Assembly (NCBI GenBank): GCA_031385045.1
Contig: JANNBC010000025.1
Location: 18,511 to 82,510 of the forward strand
Source of the DNA: a bacterium
Lineage (GTDB): Bacteria; Bdellovibrionota_C; UBA2361; CALJRW01
Direction: 5' to 3'
DNA length: 64,000 nt
The stretch's first letter is position 1; each line of letters starts with the position of its first letter. This document shows, one piece after another, positions 57,867-64,000 of this stretch. Under the pieces are notes generated by a model. That model had not been told where the DNA came from, did no database searches, and saw nothing but the letters and a program-made list of their open reading frames with translations. A program made the translations under genes and the position numbers.

Positions 57867-59093
57867 ATGAATATGAATTCTTTATTATCTCATAAGCTTC
57901 CCAATGGTTTGCAAATAGTTGGCGAGTATTTACCATCGGCAAACTCTTGTTCTATTGGTGTGATGGTCAATACAGGCTCTCGTGATGAAACAGTCCTAGA
58001 AAGTGGGATTTCCCATTTTTTAGAGCATATGCTTTTTAAGGGAACGTTTAAGCGATCAGCCAAAGAAGTGAATGATCGACTGGGAGAATTGGGAGCGCAG
58101 GCTAATGCCTATACTTCAGTGGAACACACAACTTACTATGCAACGATTATTCCTGAGTTTCAGTCGGGCTACTTAGAATTGCTCTTAGATATGCTTCAAC
58201 CAAAGCTAGATTCCGAAGAATTTGATATGGAGAAGAAAGTTATCCTGGAAGAGATTGCTCGCAAGAATGACGATCCTAGTTCTTATTTTTACATGGAAAC
58301 GGTAGCGGATTATTTTGCTAGTCATCCACTAGGCAACTCTGTCCTTGGATCTGTGGAATCTGTCTCGGCCATTACAGTGGAGCAGATGCGTGATTATTGG
58401 GAGCGTCGCTATCAGACTAAGAATATGGTTTTAAGTGTCGCAGGTAAGTTTGACTGGGAACAGTTTTGTCTAGACGCAGAAAAATTGACTAAAGATTGGA
58501 AGACTCGTGATACTAGCCGCAATTACCCAGAGCTTGTTTTTAATTCTGTGAAAAAAAACTTTCTTCGCGACAAGTTAAACATGACTCATTTGCTATTTGT
58601 GCTTCCTGGCCCATCTGCACAAGACACTGATTATTATCCCGCAAATCTTTGGGCTAATATTATTGGTGATCAAACTGGATCTAAGATTTATTGGGATTTG
58701 CTTGAGCCCGGTATTGTAGAGTCATGCTATCTTTGGGTTGATGCCAACGATCAAGCTGGATCTATTTTAGTTTATGCTTCTTGCGATCCTAAAAATATCG
58801 ATCTTGTTAATGCCAAGCTTAAATCTTATTTGACGGCAGAACTCAATTTTACTGAAAAAGAATTAGAGCGTTCCAAGACAAAACTTGCTAGTCGTTTGGC
58901 GATTTCTGCTGAAATGCCATACAACCGCATGATTAACTTATCAGAGAACTTTTTATATCAAGGTCAAACTGAGACTATTCATCAGACAATAGCGAAGGTA
59001 AATGCTGTCGGCACTTCTGATATTCAGAAATTTCTGGATGGTCGTGATTTCTCTACTTATGGTGAGTATCGATTGTTAGCGGAAGAGAATTAA
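57867..59093 (+). CDS. M16-family zinc peptidase (insulinase-like), catalytic subunit
   Basis: GISHFLEHMLFKGT (the HxxEH inverted zincin motif) and a downstream Glu. Confidence 0.75.
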   Translation: MNMNSLLSHKLPNGLQIVGEYLPSANSCSIGVMVNTGSRDETVLESGISHFLEHMLFKGTFKRSAKEVNDRLGELGAQANAYTSVEHTTYYATIIPEFQSGYLELLLDMLQPKLDSEEFDMEKKVILEEIARKNDDPSSYFYMETVADYFASHPLGNSVLGSVESVSAITVEQMRDYWERRYQTKNMVLSVAGKFDWEQFCLDAEKLTKDWKTRDTSRNYPELVFNSVKKNFLRDKLNMTHLLFVLPGPSAQDTDYYPANLWANIIGDQTGSKIYWDLLEPGIVESCYLWVDANDQAGSILVYASCDPKNIDLVNAKLKSYLTAELNFTEKELERSKTKLASRLAISAEMPYNRMINLSENFLYQGQTETIHQTIAKVNAVGTSDIQKFLDGRDFSTYGEYRLLAEEN

Positions 59094-59133
59094 GGTTTTG
59101 GATTAATCTTTGTGGAAAGTAGCAGGGGATGCC

Positions 59134-59155
59134 GTGAGTCAGTTAGCTGACTCAC
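59134..59155. terminator. Bidirectional hairpin GTGAGTCAG-ttag-CTGACTCAC between convergent genes
   Basis: A perfect 9-bp stem between the M16 peptidase (+) and the acidic protein gene (-). Confidence 0.5.
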
Positions 59156-59182
59156 AGTCTTCCTACTAACAGCTTAGGTATA

Positions 59183-59590
59183 CTAGTAACTCTCCTCGTC
59201 TTCTTCATCTTCAGACTCTTCATCTTCTTCTATGCTATCAAGATCTTCTAGATCTTCATCTAAGAGTAATTCATCATCTTCCTCGGGATCATCTTCTTCC
59301 GAGTGATCCTCTTCATCTACATCAAAAACATCAGGATCTATTTCTTGGATAGCTTCCATTAAATGAGCAATAACTGAAGCAATCTCTTCCGTGGAATAGT
59401 CTTCGCTATCAATTACACCTTCTAATGCGAGGCGAACCTCGTTAATGATTTCTGATTCGACTTCAGGGCTTTCTTCTTCTAGCTCTTCATCGTCCTCTGT
59501 GTGATCTTCTGCAATCTTTGATTGTAGCTCTTGGAATCCTTCCATTAGCATCGCTAACGCTTCCATGATTTTATCTACTGGTTTCGCCAT
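59183..59590 (-). CDS. Highly acidic hypothetical protein (about 40% Asp+Glu) with internal duplication
   Basis: 135 aa. There are two copies of a hydrophobic LME..QE helix (MEALAMLMEGFQEL and IASVIAHLMEAIQEI), each followed by Asp/Glu runs (EDDEELEEE, EEDDPEEDDELLLDEDLEDLDSIEEDEESEDEEDEE). Confidence 0.5.
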   Translation of the reverse strand: MAKPVDKIMEALAMLMEGFQELQSKIAEDHTEDDEELEEESPEVESEIINEVRLALEGVIDSEDYSTEEIASVIAHLMEAIQEIDPDVFDVDEEDHSEEDDPEEDDELLLDEDLEDLDSIEEDEESEDEEDEESY

Positions 59591-59688
59591 ACAATTATTT
59601 ATTAAAAAGTTTAGTATTACTTAAGTGATCTTATGCAATATTTTGAAATTAAAGAAAAGGGGAAAATTTAAATCCAATTAGCCTTACT

Positions 59689-59712
59689 GGGTAAGGTTAT
59701 TTTCTAATCTAT
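59689..59712 (+). terminator. Hairpin CCTTAC-tgg-GTAAGG + TTATTTTCT
   Basis: A 6-bp stem plus a T-rich tract in the acidic-gene/ftsK intergenic region. Confidence 0.35.
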
Positions 59713-59836
59713 ATTTATGTTTATCATATTTAGGTTAGCAGTCTTAGTCGTTTTATACTAATCCTTGCTAGTGTGATGCTGAGTGTTAATCCTGAGCTTC
59801 AAGAAAGGCGCAATTAATAGTTATTTTGACTTAGTT

Positions 59837-59880
59837 AGGGTAAAATTTATCTTAATTAAACAGATTTACCCTCTTTTTAA
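59837..59880 (+). terminator. Hairpin AGGGTAAA-N20-TTTACCCT + CTTTTTAA
   Basis: An 8-bp stem with a long loop and a T5 tract. Confidence 0.35.
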
Positions 59881-59941
59881 AACCCTTAAACTTAACTATA
59901 TTAGATAGTAATTCCATAAAAGTTAAAATATGGAATCAAGT

Positions 59942-59985
59942 AGTCCTGTCATCTCAAGTTGATGACAGGACTGTAAAGGTTTTTT
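59942..59985 (+). promoter_or_regulatory. Very stable hairpin AGTCCTGTCATC-tcaagtt-GATGACAGGACT followed 7 nt later by TTTTTT, ending 20 nt before the ftsK ATG. It overlaps a 10-codon Ser-rich mini-ORF (59930-59962, MESSSPVISS)
   Basis: A perfect 12-bp stem read directly. The mini-ORF stop TGA lies inside the right arm of the stem. Confidence 0.45.
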
Positions 59986-60005
59986 AGCAGTTAAAAGGTA
60001 AGAAT

Positions 60006-62507
60006 ATGGCTAGTCGTAAAAAGGCAAAAGCTGAGGTTGTCATTCCTGAAAATAACAAAGGTTTTGGGGATTTTATCGCCATCGTTTTGTTTGCCACTGG
60101 CATCTTCTCCATGGTTTCGTTCCTTTCACTTCAATATTACATTGCCACAATCCCCCTGGATTCTACATTACAACAGTCCTCAGAGAATAATTTAATGGGA
60201 CCATTAGGGCACTACTTCTCCGTATTAATTAATGGTGCTTTTGGTTGGTCGGCTCTTTTTTTTCCAATTAGTTGTTTTCTACTAGCAACATATAACGCTT
60301 TCTACCGTGATCAAGATTTTTCTTGGTATTTTAAACCAAGTAGTATCTTCTCATTAATCCTAGCTGGATTGTTAGTAGCTGGTCTAAATTTTACTTATTT
60401 TCAAGATGTTGGCGGTGGTGAAATTGGGGCTTTGATTTCTAATCCATTAATTCGCTATTTTAATTTTGGAGGCGCGGTTCTTGTTCAGAGCAGTTTAGCT
60501 GTTCTGATTATTGCTCACCTTAGTCGCTTAACAATTGCTGAAATCTTAGGTTTTGGGACTAGATTATTTACAGTTGCCAGTAAATTTCTTTTTTGGGAGT
60601 TACCTAAGTATGCTTGTGAATTTATCGGAAGCATCTGGCAGGATTTTGTTAGCTACCGAGAAGAGCGCCGAGAGCTTGCTGTCGCTGGAAATTTTGCGAT
60701 TGATATTGAAATTCCCGAGCCTAAAAAGACACGTGCTCCTAAGAAGAATGAGTTCATTATTGAAAAACCAGTTACTGAGCCTAAAAAGGCTTCTCGTAAA
60801 CAGATCGAAACTGAAATTGTAGAAGAAGAGGATGAGGAGTACGAAGAAGATACTAGAGAAGTCATTGTTCGCCGTCGAGATATTCAGGGAGTAAGTAAGC
60901 AACTGAAAAAAAGAAAGCGCCCAGTCTTTGATAGTTATTGTCCACCAGATTTTGATATCTTAACACCGGGGGATAGTTCTGGTGGAATGGAAGATGATCA
61001 ATTGTTAATTCAGATGTCTGAGTTGATTGAAGAGAAACTTTCAGATTTTAATATTTTAGGAAAAGTAACTGAAGTTCATCCAGGGCCGGTGATTACCATG
61101 TTTGAGTTTGAACCTGCGGCTGGAGTTAAGGTAGGTAAGATTGCTTCCTTGCAGGACGATCTAGCAATGAGCTTAAAAGCTAGCGCTATTCGTATTATTG
61201 CTCCAATCCCCAATAAGGGGACTGTTGGAATTGAAGTTCCTAATATTCATCGAGACATTGTTCGCCTCCGAGAAGTTTTTGAGTCACCTGATTTCTTACA
61301 AGAAGAGAAAGATTTAAGTATTGCACTTGGTAAAGATATTTATGGAGAGCCTGTCGTAGTTGACGTTGCTAGTATGCCACACTTATTACTTGCTGGAGCG
61401 ACTGGGGCTGGTAAATCAGTTTGTATTAATACTATTTTACTAAGTTTATTATTTCGTTCTTCGCCCGAAGACTTAGGCTTAATTTTAATTGATCCAAAAA
61501 TCCTGGAGCTTAGTGTTTATGATGGAATTCCACATTTAAGAGCTCCGGTTGTAACAGTTCCAAAGCAAGCTAAGGCAGTCTTAGAGTGGGCTGTTAAAGA
61601 GATGAATAGCCGTTATCGAATGATGCAAAAACACGGCGTTCGTAATATTGATGGTTATAATCGGATGGTTCGTGGACTAGATGATCAAAATTCTTCTCCT
61701 AAGAAAAAAATCCCGGGAGTTATTAGCTTACAAGCCGAGCAAGTGATCGCACTTGGGAATACCGATCTCGATCTTAATGATACGTCTAGCGAAGTTGCTG
61801 AAGTTTCTATTTCAGAAGAGCTCCAGACTCTTCCGAAGATTGTAATCGTAATTGATGAAATGGCTGATTTAATGTTATCAGTCGGTCGTGATATTGAAGA
61901 TCTTGTGGCACGCTTAGCTCAGAAAGCTCGGGCCGCAGGGATTCATATGATTCTTGCGACTCAAAGACCTTCTGTTGATGTAATTACTGGTTTGATTAAA
62001 GCCAATTTCCCGGCTCGAATTTCTTTTCGTGTTACTAGCCGCATTGACTCTAGGACAATCTTAGATTCAATGGGCGCAGAAAGATTGCTAGGCAAGGGCG
62101 ATATGTTAATGATGATGCCTGGGGCTCACCATTTAAAAAGGGTTCATGGAGCTTTCGTTTCGGATCAAGAAGTAAATAATGTAATTGCTAAATTAAAAGA
62201 AGGTTCCAAGCCACAGTATGACGAAGAAATCATGGACTATTGTGCTAGAGCAATGGAGGAAGATAAAAAGTCTGATGAGAAGGGGAATGAGTTAGACTAT
62301 GATGAGCTGTATGATCAGGTTCTAGAATTTGTAGTCGAGAAGGGGCAAGCTTCTACCTCAATGATTCAACGTAATTACCGAATCGGTTATAACCGAGCAG
62401 CTAGGATTATGGACTCTTTAGAGCGGGACGGTGTTATTGGACCAATGGATGGTGCTAAGCCTAGAGAGGTTTTGATGAAAATGGATGATGCTGGGTTTAG
62501 CCGCTAA
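60006..62507 (+). CDS. ftsK: DNA translocase FtsK
   Basis: N-terminal TM helices and an acidic linker. The motor domain has LLAGATGAGKSVCINTILLSL (Walker A) and VIVIDEMADL (Walker B). The C-terminal gamma domain is a winged helix (YDQVLEFVVEKGQASTSMIQRNYRIGYNRAARIMDSLE). Confidence 0.9.
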   Translation: MASRKKAKAEVVIPENNKGFGDFIAIVLFATGIFSMVSFLSLQYYIATIPLDSTLQQSSENNLMGPLGHYFSVLINGAFGWSALFFPISCFLLATYNAFYRDQDFSWYFKPSSIFSLILAGLLVAGLNFTYFQDVGGGEIGALISNPLIRYFNFGGAVLVQSSLAVLIIAHLSRLTIAEILGFGTRLFTVASKFLFWELPKYACEFIGSIWQDFVSYREERRELAVAGNFAIDIEIPEPKKTRAPKKNEFIIEKPVTEPKKASRKQIETEIVEEEDEEYEEDTREVIVRRRDIQGVSKQLKKRKRPVFDSYCPPDFDILTPGDSSGGMEDDQLLIQMSELIEEKLSDFNILGKVTEVHPGPVITMFEFEPAAGVKVGKIASLQDDLAMSLKASAIRIIAPIPNKGTVGIEVPNIHRDIVRLREVFESPDFLQEEKDLSIALGKDIYGEPVVVDVASMPHLLLAGATGAGKSVCINTILLSLLFRSSPEDLGLILIDPKILELSVYDGIPHLRAPVVTVPKQAKAVLEWAVKEMNSRYRMMQKHGVRNIDGYNRMVRGLDDQNSSPKKKIPGVISLQAEQVIALGNTDLDLNDTSSEVAEVSISEELQTLPKIVIVIDEMADLMLSVGRDIEDLVARLAQKARAAGIHMILATQRPSVDVITGLIKANFPARISFRVTSRIDSRTILDSMGAERLLGKGDMLMMMPGAHHLKRVHGAFVSDQEVNNVIAKLKEGSKPQYDEEIMDYCARAMEEDKKSDEKGNELDYDELYDQVLEFVVEKGQASTSMIQRNYRIGYNRAARIMDSLERDGVIGPMDGAKPREVLMKMDDAGFSR

Positions 62508-62722
62508 CTAGTTTTTAGATACACTCTTAAACGATGGGCGATAATCAGTGGATTGTTATACTCTGAACTTCACTAATTGAGATTTTAGTGCCAGTAGTAA
62601 TCAAGCTGGCTTAGATTTGTTTCTAAAAGTCCTTTAAGTTCTTCTTGAATAATCTAATAAGTTAAGTTTACTATGTACAATTAGTATACCTCAAATAAAT
62701 TCCTTTTAACATCAATTTTTCT

Positions 62723-63340
62723 ATGTTGATTTATATTTTGAGTCTCATTGGAGTTTCGGTCTTTGCAGTAAGCGGAGCATTAGCAGCTGGTAATAAAAAT
62801 TATGATTGGATTGGAGTTTTTGCAATTGCATTTGTAACTGCTGTAGGTGGAGGAACCTTAAGAGACTTATTGCTTAACAGATCGGCAGTTTTTTGGGTGG
62901 CGGATCCTAACTATCTTTGGACTGTATTAATATCAACAGTCTTAATTTTAATTTATGCCAAATATTTTCAGCCACCATTTAATCTTTTATTATCTGCTGA
63001 TGCCTTTGGGTTGGCCTTATTCTCAATTTCTGGAGCACAAATCGCTGAACAATATTCTTCGGCTGGGATTGTTATTGTACTAATGGGAGTAATCACTGGA
63101 GCTGTCGGTGGTGTAATAAGGGATGTCTTAACTCAGGAAGCGCCACTTGTTTTTAGCCCCAAAGAAAATCTTTATTCATCAGCTGCTATGATCGGTATTA
63201 TTTGTTATCTCTTTAGCAAAACTCTGGGAGTGGGTGGAACAACCGCGAGTTTAATTGGTATTGCTGTAATACTCTTGGTTCGTTTTTCGGCAATTATTTG
63301 GCAGATTCGTCTACCTGCTTTTAATCCACGCAAATCATAA
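62723..63340 (+). CDS. UPF0126/TRIC-like membrane protein (YadS-type, two repeated halves)
   Basis: Duplicated Gly-rich motifs VGGGTLRD and VGGVIRD within six or seven TM helices. Confidence 0.55.
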   Translation: MLIYILSLIGVSVFAVSGALAAGNKNYDWIGVFAIAFVTAVGGGTLRDLLLNRSAVFWVADPNYLWTVLISTVLILIYAKYFQPPFNLLLSADAFGLALFSISGAQIAEQYSSAGIVIVLMGVITGAVGGVIRDVLTQEAPLVFSPKENLYSSAAMIGIICYLFSKTLGVGGTTASLIGIAVILLVRFSAIIWQIRLPAFNPRKS

Positions 63341-63341
63341 G

Positions 63342-63578
63342 ATGAGATTAACTATAAAAATACTTGTTATTGCTATCGCCACCCTAGCAACTTCCTGTGG
63401 ACCTACTTATCAAACTACCTACTCATATTCTCCACCTGAGGATGCTTTAGCGAGTATCTGTATTAATCAATGTGTAAGTATTCAACAACAGTGTGTCAGC
63501 GAGCAGGAACAACTTTATCAAAACTGTGAAAATAGAGCGGCTTTAAATTATAATAAACCCAGCGTCCTTCATTTTTGA
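63342..63578 (+). CDS. Small lipoprotein, Cys-containing (possibly N-terminal half of a split gene)
   Basis: Lipobox LATSC, then four Cys (C..C..C..C). It ends at the TGA inside a T5-G-A7 tract. Confidence 0.4.
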   Translation: MRLTIKILVIAIATLATSCGPTYQTTYSYSPPEDALASICINQCVSIQQQCVSEQEQLYQNCENRAALNYNKPSVLHF

Positions 63579-63583
63579 AAAAA

Positions 63584-63850
63584 ATGACGAGCGGAGGGTT
63601 AATTTGCAAATCATCCAAACGTTACGCTTATAATTATTCTAAAAAGCGCTTGGATTGTGTAGCTAACTGTTATTGTTCAAAACCTTACTGCCCAAATGCG
63701 AATATTCAAGGTTGCACGCAAAGACATAATTCATGCTACCTTAGTTGTGGAGGAGCGATAGTGTCAACAACTCAATGTAGCAGCAATTGTGATCAGGCCG
63801 AACTGCCCAAAACCGAAATTTTACGAGGTGCAAAAATTCCGAGTAAATAA
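63584..63850 (+). CDS. Cys-rich small protein (12 Cys in 89 aa; possibly C-terminal half of a split gene)
   Basis: The ORF track starts at TTG 63575 and the first ATG is at 63584. Its frame is +1 relative to the upstream ORF. Confidence 0.4.
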   Translation: MTSGGLICKSSKRYAYNYSKKRLDCVANCYCSKPYCPNANIQGCTQRHNSCYLSCGGAIVSTTQCSSNCDQAELPKTEILRGAKIPSK

Positions 63851-64000
63851 GTTAGGTACTAGGGGATATTGAAAATTACCGTCAAGCTTATTCCATGTAA
63901 ATAAACTTTCCTGAATAATCTTCTAAAAATTAAGTAATAAAGTGACAGGTAATTCCTGTTGACTGTGCTCTGATAAAATTTTGGATATCATCTAAGTTTA

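Noticed and set aside
1-64000. CRISPR arrays, IS elements, integrases, phage genes or rRNA/tRNA genes
   Set aside because: No regularly spaced direct repeats were found, and no transposase, integrase or recombinase motifs in any ORF. Every intergenic region longer than 100 bp was read, and none has tRNA-like cloverleaf signatures. The window looks like core chromosome plus small accessory islands.

Overview
AT-rich chromosomal segment (roughly mid-30s % GC by eye, not computed) from a Gram-negative bacterium. The Gram-negative call rests on lipobox lipoproteins, a sigma-54 NtrC-type regulator, a type IV prepilin and a Liv-type ABC system. Mevalonate-pathway genes plus a double-length UvrA point to an unusual lineage, possibly Bdellovibrio/Bacteriovorax-like, but taxonomy cannot be settled from sequence alone. 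The window is densely coding with about 60 genes, mostly housekeeping: dnaB (partial), phosphomevalonate kinase and diphosphomevalonate decarboxylase, a tandem-duplicated uvrA (1753 aa), menB and a menE-like ligase, nadB and nadA, NfeD plus flotillin, manA, typA/bipA, beta-carbonic anhydrase, ABC-2 and Liv-type ABC transporters, a sigma-54 response regulator, an M16 peptidase pair and ftsK. No rRNA, tRNA, CRISPR array or recognisable mobile element was found by eye. The main discovery candidate is an unannotated 46-aa minus-strand ORF (16336-16476) whose leader matches the lasso-peptide recognition motif YxxPxLx3Gx5Tx exactly. It sits directly downstream of a PqqD-like RiPP recognition element (RRE) and directly upstream of a PRMT-like SAM methyltransferase, with no lasso cyclase or leader protease anywhere in the window. 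This looks like a candidate undescribed RRE-dependent peptide-modification system. Other points worth a second look:
- A RimK-like ATP-grasp, 7TM transglutaminase-like protein and retropepsin-like zinc-protease cluster (48137-51831), whose tandem protease paralogs differ in the catalytic DTGA motif.
- A 1548-aa surface protein combining Calx-beta and YWTD beta-propeller repeats.
- Three hairpin/T-tract elements plus a Ser-rich 10-codon mini-ORF immediately upstream of ftsK.
- A T5/A7 homopolymer junction that splits a Cys-rich lipoprotein into two ORFs.
- The NadB FAD-binding N-terminus lying upstream of any canonical start codon.
- Paired 8-3-8 palindromes between two ABC-2 permease genes.
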